DNA of 64,000 nucleotides from Antedon mediterranea (GCF_964355755.1 NC_092672.1:17125237-17189236); one strand, 5' to 3'. Counted from the first letter of the stretch, positions 42,625-57,490 are shown. Notes: generated from the letters alone by a model not told the origin. Translations and numbers: made by a program.

Positions 42625-45600
42625 AAGTCAAAACTATAGCATTCGTATTTATAAAAGGTGTACGGTAGAGTACGTTTCTTCAATAATAAATCATAGCATT
42701 CGACGATCTATATTAGTTTTGTTTTGAAAAGAGTTTATTAAAAAAAGAAAACAACTTTAACCGAGAACACCGTGTACTGTTATTGTAAAAAAATTTCGTT
42801 TCTAAAAGTTCACGTTCACAACAAGAAGGATAGCGCGCAAGCAACTTGGCCATCTAGAATTCGTTCGATAATGTTTTAGAAAAAAATAAAAGCTTTACTT
42901 CGACGCCTAATGACAGCGTGCGTCAATGTTTTCAAAAAGAGAGAACATATTTCCCCCTTATATACAATAACGTTTATAACTTTCCAGATCATACTTCTTT
43001 TTCTATTCGATTACAGTTTCTAATGATAGCATACTTCAGGAATGATCCTGATTGTTCTTATATTAATTATTATACATGGTTTCTTAAATCCAAACACACT
43101 CTTATTCTAGAATGTTCATGTAAATACATACACCGTCTCTTTACCGAATGAACTGATAAGGTCGTGCAATCAATAAGAGGCATAACATGCCGTGCATTCG
43201 TCGTGCGTTGTATATCGAGAGAACAAATGAAAATATTGTTTACTTCGAGAATAAGCAATACACCGTCTCTTTACCGAATGAGCTGATAAGGTCGTGCAAT
43301 CAGTAACAGGCATAACATGCCGTGCATTCGTCGTGTGTTGTATATCGAGAGAACAAATGAAAATATTGTTTACTTCGAGAATAAGCAATACACCGTCTCT
43401 TTACCGATCGAGTTGATACGGTCGCGCAATCAGTAACAGGCATAACATGCCGTGCATTCATCGCGTGTTGTATAATTATTATACATGGTTTCTTAAATCC
43501 AAACACACTCTTATTCTAGAATGTTCATGTAGATACATACACCGTCTCTTTACCGAACTAACTGATAAGGTCGTGCAATCAATAAGAGGCATAACATGCC
43601 GTGCATTTGTCGTGGGTTGTATATCGAGAGAACGGATGAAAATCTTTTTTTTTTTTTTTTTACTTCTAGAAGAAGCAATACACCGTCTCCTTACCAATCG
43701 AGCTGATAAGGCCGCGCAATCAGTAACAGGCATAACATGCCGTGCATTCATCGCGTGTTGTATAATTATTATACATGGTTTCTTAAATCCAAACACACTC
43801 TTATTCTAGAATGTTCATGTAGATACATACACCGTCTCTTTACCGAATGAACTGATAAGGTCGTGCAATCAATAAGAGGCATAACATGCCGTGCATTCGT
43901 CGCCTGTTGTATATCGAGAGAACAAATGAAAATCTTTTTTTTTTTTTTTACTTCGAGAAGAAGCAATACACCGTCTCCTTACCAATGGAGCTGAAAAGGA
44001 AGGCCGCGCAATCAGTAACATGCATAACATGCCGTGCATTCATCGCGTGTTGTATAATTATTATACATGGTTTCTTAAATCCAAACACACTCTTATTCTA
44101 GAATGTTCATGTAGATACATACACCGTCTCTTTACCGAATGAACTGATAAGGTCGTGTAATCAATAAGAGGCATAACATGCCGTGCATTTGTCGTGGGTT
44201 GTATATCGAGAGAACGGATGAAAATCTTTTTTTTTTTTTTTTACTTCGAGAAGAAGCAATACACCGTCTCCTTACCAATGGAGCTGTAAGGAAGGCCGCG
44301 CAATCAGTAACATGCATAACATGCCGTGCATTCATCGCGTGTTGTATAATTATTATACATGGTTTCTTAAATCCAAACACACTCTTATTCTAGAATGTTC
44401 ATGTAGATACATACACCGTCTCTTTACCGAATGAACTGATAAGGTCGTGCAATCAATAAGAGGCATAACATGCCGTGCATTCGTCGCCTGTTGTATATAT
44501 ACAATAATGTTTACAACTTTCCAGATCATACTTCTTATTCTATTCGATTACAGTTTCTAATGATAGCATACTTCAGGAATGGTCCTGATTGTTCTTATAT
44601 TAATTATTATAGGCCTACATGGTTTCTTAAATCCAAACACACTCTTATTCTAGAATGTTCATGTAGATACATACACCGTCTCTTTACCGATCGAGTTGAT
44701 ACGGTCGTGCAATCAATAAGAGGCATAACATGCCGTGCATTCATCGCGTGTTGTATACCGAGAGAACAAATGAAAATATTGTTTACTTCGAGAATAAGCA
44801 ATACACCGTCTCTTTACCGATCGAGTTGATAAGGCCGTGCAATCAGTAACAGGCATAACATGCCGTGCATTCATCGCGTGTTGTATAATTATTAGGCCTA
44901 TACATGGTTTCTTAAATCCAAACACACTCTTATTCTATAATGTTCATGTAGATACATACACCGTCTCTTTACCGAACTAACTGATAAGGTCGTGCAATCA
45001 ATAAGAGGCATAACATGCCGTGCATACGTCGTGTGTTGTATATCGAGAGAACGGATGAAAATATTTTTTATTTTTTTTTTTTTACTTCGAGAAGAAGCAA
45101 TACACCGTCTCCTTACCAATGGAGCTGATAAGGAAGGCCGCGCAATCAGTAACATGCATAACATGCCATGCATTCATCGCGTGTTGTATAATTATTATAC
45201 ATGGTTTCTTAAATCCAAACACACTCTTATTCTAGAATGTTCATGTAGATACATACACCGTCTCTTTACCGATCGAGTTGATACGGTTGTGCAATCAATA
45301 AGAGGCATAACATGCCGTGCATTCGTCGCCTGTTGTATATATACAATAATGTTTATAACTTTCCAGATCATACTTCTTATTCTATTCGATTACAGTTTCT
45401 AATGATAGCATACTTCAGGAATGGTCCTGATTGTTCTTATATTAATTATTATAGGCCTACATGGTTTCTTAAATCCAAACACACTCTTATTCTAGAATGT
45501 TCATGTAGATACATACACCGTCTCTTTACCGATCGAGTTGATACGGTCGTGCAATCAATAAGAGGCATAACATGCCGTGCATTCGTCGCCTGTTGTATAT

Positions 45601-48522
45601 CAAGAGAACAAATGAAAATATTGTTTACTTCGAGAATAAGCAATACACCGTCTCTTTACCGAATGAGCTGATAAGGCCGTGCAATCAGTAACAGGCATAA
45701 CATGGCGTGCATTCATCGCGTGTTGTATAATTATTATACATGGTTTCTTAAATCCAAACACACTCTTATTCTAGAATGTTCATGTAGATACATACACCGT
45801 CTCTTTACCGAATGAACTGATAAGGTCGTGCAATCAATAAGAGGCATAACATGCCGTGCATTTGTCGTGGGTTGTATATCGAGAGAACGGATGAAAATCT
45901 TTTTTTTTTTTTTTTACTTCGAGAAGAAGCAATACACCGTCTCCTTACCAATGGAGCTGTAAGGAAGGCCGCGCAATCAGTAACATGCATAACATGCCGT
46001 GCATTCATCGCGTGTTGTATAATTATTATACATGGTTTCTTAAATCCAAACACACTCTTATTCTAGAATGTTCATGTAGATACATACACCGTCTCTTTAC
46101 CGAATGAACTGATAAGGTCGTACAATCAATAAGAGGCATAACATGCCGTGCATTCGTCGCCTGTTGTATATATACAATAATGTTTATAACTTTCCAGATC
46201 ATACTTCTTATTCTATTCGATTACAGTTTCTAATGATAGCATACTTCAGGAATGGTCCTGATTGTTCTTATATTAATTATTATAGGCCTACATGGTTTCT
46301 TAAATCCAAACACACTCTTATTCTAGAATGTTCATGTAGATACATACACCGTCTCTTTACCGATCGAGTTGATACGGTCGTGCAATCAATAAGAGGCATA
46401 ACATGCCGTGCATTCATCGCGTGTTGTATACCGAGAGAACAAATGAAAATATTGTTTACTTCGAGAATAAGCAATACACCGTCTCTTTACCGATCGAGTT
46501 GATAAGGTCGTGCAATCAGTAACAGGCATAACATGCCGTGCATTCGTCGTGTGTTGTATATCGAGAGAACAAATGAAAATATTGTTTACTTCGAGAATAA
46601 GCAATACACCGTCTCTTTACCGATCGAGTTGATACGGTCGCGCAATCAGTAACAGGCATAACATGCCGTGCATTCATCGCGTGTTGTATAATTATTATAC
46701 ATGGTTTCTTAAATCCAAACACACTCTTATTCTAGAATGTTCATGTAGATACATACACCGTCTCTTTACCGAACTAACTGATAAGGTCGTGCAATCAATA
46801 AGAGGCATAACATGCCGTGCATTTGTCGTGGGTTGTATATCGAGAGAACGGATGAAAATCTTTTTTTTTTTTTTTTTACTTCTAGAAGAAGCAATACACC
46901 GTCTCCTTACCAATCGAGCTGATAAGGCCGCGCAATCAGTAACAGGCATAACATGCCGTGCATTCATCGCGTGTTGTATAATTATTATACATGGTTTCTT
47001 AAATCCAAACACACTCTTATTCTAGAATGTTCATGTAGATACATACACCGTCTCTTTACCGAATGAACTGATAAGGTCGTGCAATCAATAAGAGGCATAA
47101 CATGCCGTGCATTCGTCGCCTGTTGTATATCGAGAGAACAAATGAAAATCTTTTTTTTTTTTTTTACTTCGAGAAGAAGCAATACACCGTCTCCTTACCA
47201 ATGGAGCTGATAAGGAAGGCCGCGCAATCAGTAACATGCATAACATGCCGTGCATTCATCGCGTGTTGTATAATTATTATACATGGTTTCTTAAATCCAA
47301 ACACACTCTTATTCTAGAATGTTCATGTAGATACATACACCGTCTCTTTACCGAATGAACTGATAAGGTCGTGTAATCAATAAGAGGCATAACATGCCGT
47401 GCATTTGTCGTGGGTTGTATATCGAGAGAACGGATGAAAATCTTTTTTTTTTTTTTTTACTTCGAGAAGAAGCAATACACCGTCTCCTTACCAATGGAGC
47501 TGTAAGGAAGGCCGCGCAATCAGTAACATGCATAACATGCCGTGCATTCATCGCGTGTTGTATAATTATTATACATGGTTTCTTAAATCCAAACACACTC
47601 TTATTCTAGAATGTTCATGTAGATACATACACCGTCTCTTTACCGAATGAACTGATAAGGTCGTGCAATCAATAAGAGGCATAACATGCCGTGCATTCGT
47701 CGCCTGTTGTATATATACAATAATGTTTATAACTTTCCAGATCATACTTCTTCTTCTATTCGATTACAGTTTCTAATGATAGCATACTTCAGGAATGGTC
47801 CTGATTGTTCTTATATTAATTATTATAGGCCTACATGGTTTCTTAAATCCAAACACACTCTTATTCTAGAATGTTCATGTAGATACATACACCGTCTCTT
47901 TACCGATCGAGTTGATACGGTCGTGCAATCAATAAGAGGCATAACATGCCGTGCATTCATCGCGTGTTGTATACCGAGAGAACAAATGAAAATATTGTTT
48001 ACTTCGAGAATAAGCAATACACCGTCTCTTTACCGATCGAGTTGATAAGGCCGTGCAATCAGTAACAGGCATAACATGCCGTGCATTCATCGCGTGTTGT
48101 ATAATTATTAGGCCTATACATGGTTTCTTAAATCCAAACACACTCTTATTCTATAATGTTCATGTAGATACATACACCGTCTCTTTACCGAACTAACTGA
48201 TAAGGTCGTGCAATCAATAAGAGGCATAACATGCCGTGCATACGTCGTGTGTTGTATATCGAGAGAACGGATGAAAATATTTTTTATTTTTTTTTTTTAC
48301 TTCGAGAAGAAGCAATACACCGTCTCCTTACCAATGGAGCTGATAAGGAAGGCCGCGCAATCAGTAACATGCATAACATGCCGTGCATTCATCGCGTGTT
48401 GTATAATTATTATACATGGTTTCTTAAATCCAAACACACTCTTATTCTAGAATGTTCATGTAGATACATACACCGTCTCTTTACCGATCGAGTTGATACG
48501 GTTGTGCAATCAATAAGAGGCA

Positions 48523-51500
48523 TAGCAGGGTTGCTAACTTCCATTTTTTATGAAGATTGTGCATTTTGTGACAAAAGCACCAAATTTGGCACAAACCTTC
48601 TTTAGGGTATATCTAACCATCCTAGAAGGGGTGCCCGAAAATCGGAACAATTTAACGACGTCATTTGGACCACGCCCTTTTTTTAGTATTACGTAATTAG
48701 GTGAAAACTTAAATCTTTGTATATACATACCAAGTTTGGTATCAAATTAAAACTCATGACATGTACATTGCAATACACACATAACAAATATATGATTTCT
48801 CTTCAGACGGAATATATAGGTCAAATAATGTAATTTTCTGTCATATTGAAGGGGATTTCAATCAAAACGCGCCAATATTGGGCTATGTTATGAACATTGT
48901 AGTTATAAGAACAACAACATTCATTTTTGTAATAGAACTACAGTACTAATATATATTTATCCTGTATCAGTTACTTTCCTTTAACATAATATTAGGAACC
49001 ACTGAAAAAAAGTATATAAACATATACTGTATCAAACTTGGCTCAATAATCACTGGACTAAGTAAACAGACAAAAGACCATTTGACTGACAATTATGGCG
49101 TTAGCATCCATAACAATACATGGAGGTGATTATCAACTTTACTTTATGAAATTATTTATCTGGAAACAAACACTTATAATGAACAAGTTCCACGGCATGG
49201 GTAACAAAGACCAGTGCAAAAAAGACCTGCTGAACGGCACTTGCAGTTCCTTGAGCAATGCAGGCAACCCATTCCTCGATAATTGTTCAGAACTTCTGGT
49301 CTTGGATGCTCGAGATTGTGCCAATGAAAGTGCAGTAGTGACAGTTCGTACAATTCAGGATGTAGGTACTACCCAGTACCAAAAATATTTCAAGGAAGTT
49401 ATTCTCGACAAGCCATCAAACAGAATAAGCTGCCGTTGTTCAACACACCATGGTCAAAATCAGTGTCCAAAACAAAGCAACAAGTTAAGAGTTTAAAAAG
49501 TGACTGCAGCCTATTCAGTCAACTGTATATTGCAAGTCAATCTAGTGATGGAGATTTGGAAGACTTCTTCATGCATGAAAACCAGCCATGGCAACCCTCT
49601 TTGGCAGTAAATGGAAAGCTTCGACTACCAACTAAGAAGTCTGAGTTGCTACAGCATTTTGAGACTGAGGCCAGCCTGAACCTCCTACATATTTTGACGT
49701 AAAGGTGTTTGACAGAGCTGCTATTGTCCATGCCCTTTCCAGCAACCATGCATTTACATTTGATGACTACGGTGATAAGGTGAGTACATTTCTTTGCATT
49801 CAGGATTGTATCTATTGTTTAACCACCACATAATTGGTCACTTCTATATGCGGATCGTTATTCTTGTATCATTTGTATGACAGGTCTTTCTACCGTGGAC
49901 CAGACAGCAGCTGCAGAATAGTAACAGAATTGATATAGTGTGGGACACTTACAGAACAGATAGTCTTAAGCAGTCTACAGGAGAAAAAAGAGGAAAAGGG
50001 GTCAAGAGGAAAGTTGGGGGACAAACAAAGATTCCAGGGAATTTTCCAGACTTTCTGAAAGATCCAGTAAATAAAGAGGAGTTATTTAACTTTTTAACTA
50101 CAAAGGTGTCTACCCATGATTACTCTGACTGCAAAGAAGTTTACATTACATCAGGTAAGTTTTATTATGATACATACTAATTTATTTTGTTTGTAACCAA
50201 ACGATTAATTTACTTATACAGTTTCATACCAATAATTAATTAAAAAGGCATATTAAATTAGTAAGTAATTCTTGATATATGTCCTGTAGGCAAGTCTGTT
50301 GTATGTTGACATCTACTCAACCTATGTCAATCTGCGACCATGAAGAGGCCGACTCCAGGATGTGCATTCACATTGATGATGCCTTAAAGAAAGGTAGCAG
50401 GGTTATTTTGGTGCGTACAGTTGATACTGATGTCGTTGTTATCCTGGTTGGTATTTTCTGCAATCTAATAGCCTGTTATCTTGGTACGTGTATCTGGGTC
50501 GCATTTGGCATGCGTAAGCACTTCCAATATTTTAATATAAATACCATCTGCCATAACCTAGGAGAGGATAAGTCAAGAGGGCTGCCAGTTTTTCATGCAT
50601 TTACTGGGTCCGATACTACATCCCAGTTCTTCGGAAAATCAAAACACTCCGCATGGGAGACGTGGAACTCATTTCCAGCAGTCACAGAAGCCTTTCTTTT
50701 CATGGCACACCTTTCAAATTTCTAGGAGTCAACTCATCTCAATTCCAGTTGCTAGAGGAGTTTACATGTCATCTATACGACAAGACAAGTACTTTAAGAA
50801 GTGTTACTAAGCTAAGACAAGATCTTTTTTCAAGAAAGGCACGGACAATGGACAACATTCCTCCTACACAGGTAAGGGGAGCTTCCATATAATTGTCAAT
50901 TGTCGTTTAATAATTTATTATCAGATTCATGTTTTTCTTTCATTAAAAGGTAACACCAATCTTTAAATTGTTTATTGCAGGATGCACTTTTACAGCATTC
51001 CAACAGATCCATATACCAAGCAAGCATTTGGACCACCAGTCTACAGCCACAGCAGAATGCTCCATCACCAGAAGACTTTGGTTGGACTAAAACCGGCAGT
51101 ACATGAACACCAGTCTGGACAATACTACCTGAAGCATCCAAGGCATGTAGGGAATTGCTAAAGTGTGGCTGCAAAAAGTTGCCTTTTTGCTCAGGGAACT
51201 GCAAGTGTCGTTCAGCAGTGCACTGGTCTTGTTACCCATGCCGTAGAACTTGTTCGTCATCTAGCAACTCTGTACCATTATAAGCGTTTGTTTCCAGATA
51301 AATAATTTCATAAAAGTAAAGTTGATAATCACCTCCATGTATTGTTATGGATGCTAACGCCATAATTGTCAGTCAAATGGTCTTTTGTCGGTTTATTAAT
51401 AGTCCAGTGGTTATTGAGCCAAGTTTGATACAGTATATGTTTTAAATACTTTTTTTCAGTGGTTCCTAATATTATGTTAAAGGAAAGTAACTGGTACAGG

Positions 51501-51920
51501 ATAAATATATATTAGTACTATTACAAAAATGAATGTTGTTGTTCTTATAACTACAATGTTCATAACATAGCACAATATTGGCACGTTTTGATTGAAATAC
51601 CCTTCAATATGACAGAAAATTACATTATTTGACCTATATATTCCGTCTGAAGAGAAATCATATATTTTTTATGTGTGTATTGCAATGTACATGTCATGAG
51701 TTTTTATTTGATACCAAACTTGGTATGTATATACGAAGATTTAAGTTTTCACCTAATTACGTAATACTAAAAAAAGGGCGTGGTCCAAATGACGTCGTTA
51801 AATTGTTCCGATTTTTGGGCACCCCTTCTAGGATTGTTAGATATACCCTAAAGAAGGTTTGTGCCAAATTTGGTGCTTTTGTCACAAAGTGCACAAAAAA
51901 AGTGCTAAGTTACCCTGCTA
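48523..51920 (+). mobile_element. Academ-type DNA transposon, internally deleted, inserted in the array
   Basis: TAGCAGGG...CCCTGCTA termini; TIRs of about 650 bp (48523-~49181 and ~51276-51920); 3-bp TSD GCA within the array core gagGCAtaacatg. Confidence 0.9.
49180..51280 (+). pseudogene. C-terminal part of an Academ transposase (XPG/PIN-like nuclease plus Cys-rich end), spliced and degenerate
   Basis: FFMHENQPWQPSL, WDTYRTDSLK, CDHEEADSRMCIH, VRTVDTDVVV, FHAFTGSDTTSQFFGKSK, IPPTQ|DALLQH, CGCKK..C..NCKC. Confidence 0.85.
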
Positions 51921-54900
51921 GCATAACATGCCGTGCATTCGTCGCCTGTTGTATATATACAATAATGTTTATAACTTTCCAGATCATACTTCTTATTCTA
52001 TTCGATTACAGTTTCTAATGATAGCATACTTCAGGAATGGTCCTGATTGTTCTTATATTAATTATTATAGGCCTACATGGTTTCTTAAATCCAAACACAC
52101 TCTTATTCTAGAATGTTCATGTAGATACATACACCGTCTCTTTACCGATCGAGTTGATACGGTCGTGCAATCAATAAGAGGCATAACATGCCGTGCATTC
52201 GTCGCCTGTTGTATATCAAGAGAACAAATGAAAATATTGTTTACTTCGAGAATAAGCAATACACCGTCTCTTTACCGAATGAGCTGATAAGGCCGTGCAA
52301 TCAGTAACAGGCATAACATGGCGTGCATTCATCGCGTGTTGTATAATTATTATACATGGTTTCTTAAATCCAAACACACTCTTATTCTAGAATGTTCATG
52401 TAGATACATACACCGTCTCTTTACCGAATGAACTGATAAGGTCGTGCAATCAATAAGAGGCATAACATGCCGTGCATTTGTCGTGGGTTGTATATCGAGA
52501 GAACGGATGAAAATCTTTTTTTTTTTTTTTTACTTCGAGAAGAAGCAATACACCGTCTCCTTACCAATGGAGCTGTAAGGAAGGCCGCGCAATCAGTAAC
52601 ATGCATAACATGCCGTGCATTCATCGCGTGTTGTATAATTATTATACATGGTTTCTTAAATCCAAACACACTCTTATTCTAGAATGTTCATGTAGATACA
52701 TACACCGTCTCTTTACCGAATGAACTGATAAGGTCGTACAATCAATAAGAGGCATAACATGCCGTGCATTCGTCGCCTGTTGTATATATACAATAATGTT
52801 TATAACTTTCCAGATCATACTTCTTATTCTATTCGATTACAGTTTCTAATGATAGCATACTTCAGGAATGGTCCTGATTGTTCTTATATTAATTATTATA
52901 GGCCTACATGGTTTCTTAAATCCAAACACACTCTTATTCTAGAATGTTCATGTAGATACATACACCGTCTCTTTACCGATCGAGTTGATACGGTCGTGCA
53001 ATCAATAAGAGGCATAACATGCCGTGCATTCATCGCGTGTTGTATACCGAGAGAACAAATGAAAATATTGTTTACTTCGAGAATAAGCAATACACCGTCT
53101 CTTTACCGATCGAGTTGATAAGGCCGTGCAATCAGTAACAGGCATAACATGCCGTGCATTCATCGCGTGTTGTATAATTATTAGGCCTATACATGGTTTC
53201 TTAAATCCAAACACACTCTTATTCTATAATGTTCATGTAGATACATACACCGTCTCTTTACCGAACTAACTGATAAGGTCGTGCAATCAATAAGAGGCAT
53301 AACATGCCGTGCATACGTCGTGTGTTGTATATCGAGAGAACGGATGAAAATATTTTTTTTTTTTTTTTTTACTTCGAGAAGAAGCAATACACCGTCTCCT
53401 TACCAATGGAGCTGATAAGGAAGGCCGCGCAATCAGTAACATGCATAACATGCCGTGCATTCATCGCGTGTTGTATAATTATTATACATGGTTTCTTAAA
53501 TCCAAACACACTCTTATTCTAGAATGTTCATGTAGATACATACACCGTCTCTTTACCGATCGAGTTGATACGGTTGTGCAATCAATAAGAGGCATAACAT
53601 GCCGTGCATTCGTCGCCTGTTGTATATATACAATAATGTTTATAACTTTCCAGATCATACTTCTTATTCTATTCGATTACAGTTTCTAATGATAGCATAC
53701 TTCAGGAATGGTCCTGATTGTTCTTATATTAATTATTATAGGCCTACATGGTTTCTTAAATCCAAACACACTCTTATTCTAGAATGTTCATGTAGATACA
53801 TACACCGTCTCTTTACCGATCGAGTTGATACGGTCGTGCAATCAATAAGAGGCATAACATGCCGTGCATTCGTCGCCTGTTGTATATCAAGAGAACAAAT
53901 GAAAATATTGTTTACTTCGAGAATAAGCAATACACCGTCTCTTTACCGAATGAGCTGATAAGGCCGTGCAATCAGTAACAGGCATAACATGGCGTGCATT
54001 CATCGCGTGTTGTATAATTATTATACATGGTTTCTTAAATCCAAACACACTCTTATTCTAGAATGTTCATGTAGATACATACACCGTCTCTTTACCGAAC
54101 TAACTGATAAGGTCGTGCAATCAATAAGAGGCATAACATGCCGTGCATTTGTCGTGGGTTGTATATCGAGAGAACAAATGAACATTTTTTTTTTTTTACT
54201 TCGAGAATAAGCAATACACCGTCTCTTTACCGATCGAGTTGATACGGTCGCGCAATGAATAACAGGCATAACATGCCGTGCATTCATCGCGTGTTGTATA
54301 ATTATTATACATGGTTTCTTAAATCCAAACACACTCTTATTCTAGAATGTTCATGTAGATACATACACCGTCTCTTTACCGATCGAGTTGATACGGTTGT
54401 GCAATCAATAAGAGGCATAACATGCCGTGCATTCGTCGCCTGTTGTATATATACAATAATGTTTATAACTTTCCAGATCATACTTCTTATTCTATTCGAT
54501 TACAGTTTCTAATGATAGCATACTTCAGGAATGGTCCTGATTGTTCTTATATTAATTATTATAGGCCTACATGGTTTCTTAAATCCAAACACACTCTTAT
54601 TCTAGAATGTTCATGTAGATACATACACCGTCTCTTTACCGATCGAGTTGATACGGTCGTGCAATCAATAAGAGGCATAACATGCCGTGCATTCGTCGCC
54701 TGTTGTATATCAAGAGAACAAATGAAAATATTGTTTACTTCGAGAATAAGCAATACACCGTCTCTTTACCGAATGAGCTGATAAGGCCGTGCAATCAGTA
54801 TCAGGCATAACATGGCGTGCATTCATCGCGTGTTGTATAATTATTATACATGGTTTCTTAAATCCAAACACACTCTTATTCTAGAATGTTCATGTAGATA

Positions 54901-56549
54901 CATACACCGTCTCTTTACCGAACTAACTGATAAGGTCGTGCAATCAATAAGAGGCATAACATGCCGTGCATTTGTCGTGGGTTGTATATCGAGAGAACAA
55001 ATGAACATTTTTTTTTTTTTACTTCGAGAATAAGCAATACACCGTCTCTTTACCGATCGAGTTGATACGGTCGCGCAATGAATAACAGGCATAACATGCC
55101 GTGCATTCATCGCGTGTTGTATAATTATTATACATGGTTTCTTAAATCCAAACACACTCTTATTCTAGAATGTTCATGTAGATACATACACCGTCTCTTT
55201 ACCGAACTAACTGATACGGTCGTGCAATCAATAAGAGGCATAACATGCCGTGCATTCATCGCGTGTTGTATACCGAGAGAACAAATGAAAATATTTTTTT
55301 TTTTACTTCGAGAATAAGCAATACATCGTCTCTTTTCCGATCGAGTTGATACGGTCGCGCAATGAATAACAGGCATAACATGCCGTGCATTCATCGCGTG
55401 TTGTATAATTATTATACATGGTTTCTTAAATCCAAACACACTCTTATTCTAGAATGTTCATGTAGATACATACACCGTCTCTTTACCGAATGAACTGATA
55501 AGGTCGATCGTGCAATCAATAAGAGGCATAACATGCCGTGCATTCGTCGTGTGTTGTATATCGAGAGAACAAATGAAAATATTTTTTTTTTTTTTTACTT
55601 CGAGAAGAAGCAATACACCGTCTCTTTACCGAATGAGCTGATAAGGCCGCGCAATCAGTAACAGGCATAACATGCCGTGCATTCATCGCGTGTTGTATAA
55701 TTATTATACATGGTTTCTTAAATCCAAAAACACTCTTATTCTAGAATGTTCATGTAGATACATACACCGTCTCTTTACCGAACTAACTGATAAGGTCGTG
55801 CAATCAATAAGAGGCATAACATGCCGTGCATTTGTCGTGGGTTGTATATCGAGAGAACGGATGAAAATCTTTTTTTTTTTTTTACTTCGAGAAGAAGCAA
55901 TACACCGTCTCCTTACCAATCGAGCTGAAAAGGAAGGCCGCGCAATCAGTAACATGCATAACATGCCGTGCTTTCATCGCGCGTTGTATAATTATTATAC
56001 ATGGTTTCTTAAATCCAAACACACTCTTATTCTAGAATGTTCATGTAGATACATACACCGTCTCTTTACCGATCGAGTTGATACGGTCGTGCAATCAATA
56101 AGAGGCATAACATGCCGTGCATTCGTCGCCTGTTGTATATATACAATAATGTTTATAACTTTCCAGATCATACTTCTTATTCTATTCGATTACAGTTTCT
56201 AATGATAGCATACTTTAGGAAACAGCGCGAGTCAATGTTTTCAAGCATTCAGTTCACCCAAACGGAGAGAGAACACTACCCGTTCCCTCTTCTTCCTTGT
56301 ATACGATATGTTCGTAACCTTCTAGATGATACTTCTTACTCTATTGGTATTACAGTTTCTAATCATACTTTTGGAATGTTTCTGATTGTTCTTATAATAA
56401 TTATTATACACGGTTTCTTAAAATCTAAACACATTCTAGAATGTCCATGTACATGTTACTGTATAATGTTGGAAAATTTTATGATGACGGTTAAACATAT
56501 TCAATACCGAGTGGCAGAGGCACGCATTATAGGCGAGATATATTATCTA

Positions 56550-57490
56550 ACTTGCCGTTTAAGACAATTGCATTGGTTCGATGTATGAAATGACCCTTTA
56601 ACAGTTGTATGACAAAACCATTCTTCAATACTCCCGCACCAATGGACAATGCATGTCTCTTATTGTAAACGCTTTCAACTTGGTCATCTGTCATCATTGT
56701 TTAGAACAAAAAAGAGACAGAAAACTGGTACCCGTTTGCATTCATTGGATGTATGAAATGACCCTTTTAACAGTTTTATGAGAAAATTATTCTTCAATAC
56801 ACGCGCACCAAAGAGGACAGTGCGTGGCTGTTATTGTAAACGCATTCAACTTGGTCATCTGTCATCGATAATTCTTTAGAACAAAAAAGAGACAGAAAAC
56901 TGGTACCCGTTTGCATTTGGTCGATATATGAAATGACCCTTTAACCGTTTTATGAGAAAATTATTCTTCAATACACCCAGCACAAAGGAGGACAGTGTCA
57001 TGGTCATTGGTCATCATCAATCATTCGTTCGATAATTCTTTAGAACAAAAATAATAGATACTTTTGGAATGTTTTTATAATAATTATTATACACGGTTTC
57101 TTAAAATCTAAACACATTCTAGAATGTTCATTTAGATGTTACAGTATATAAAATTAGGAAATAGTAATTCATTACCTCTACCGCTCTCAATCACATGATA
57201 ATCTTTTAACGAAGGAGGGTGAGTTGAAATTGGTTTAGAACTTGATACCAAGGTTCATTATACGATGGCAAACGATGCCAAAACATTTTCAATACCGATA
57301 CAGTTGCCAAAGGTGCGCATTATAGGAGGCGCGTTATAATATCTAACTTGCCGTTTAAGACAATTGCATTCATTCGATGTATGAAATGATCTTTAACAGT
57401 TTTATGACAAAACTATTCTTCAATACCCACGCACCAAGGACAGTGCATGTATTTTATTGTAAACGCATTAAACTTGGTCATTTAGCATTC
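56550..57490. repeat. Second, more diverged repeat family with units of about 165-175 bp
   Basis: tgcatt..ttcgatgtatgaaatgaccc..taacagtt...attcttcaatac...ttgtaaacgc.ttcaacttggtcat occurs four times here and again at 61.5-61.8 and 63.5-63.95 kb. Confidence 0.85.
57185..57285 (-). pseudogene. Degenerate duplicate of the 3' end of the CD225 gene
   Basis: aatcacatgataatcttttaacgaaggagggtgagt..aaggttcat..gcaaacga parallels 57699-57780. Confidence 0.6.

Larger units (their letters stand above)
42960..56215. repeat. Modular tandem array: ~85-bp core alternating with three linker types, ~3.2-kb higher-order repeat
   Basis: Core atacaccgtctc..accga..gata.ggtcg.gcaatca.taa.aggcataacatgccgtgcatt..tcg..tgttgtata, roughly 60 copies (estimated by eye). 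Identical ORFs recur at offsets of 3216, 1673 and 823 bp. Confidence 0.95.

Noticed and set aside
43170-43200. p53 response element in the array core (AACATGCC)
   Set aside because: Only one imperfect half-site, with no correctly spaced second half.
43130-43215. Hammerhead ribozyme in the array core (CTGATAAG)
   Set aside because: It lacks CUGANGA and a properly placed GAAA.
42960-56215. CRISPR-like array
   Set aside because: The linkers are three recurring types, not unique spacers; the core is too long; there are no cas genes and the context is eukaryotic.
42918-56588. Dozens of short ORFs such as ITCRAFIACCI and NARHVMP
   Set aside because: They are by-products of the tandem repeat; frames shift with poly-T length and occur on both strands.
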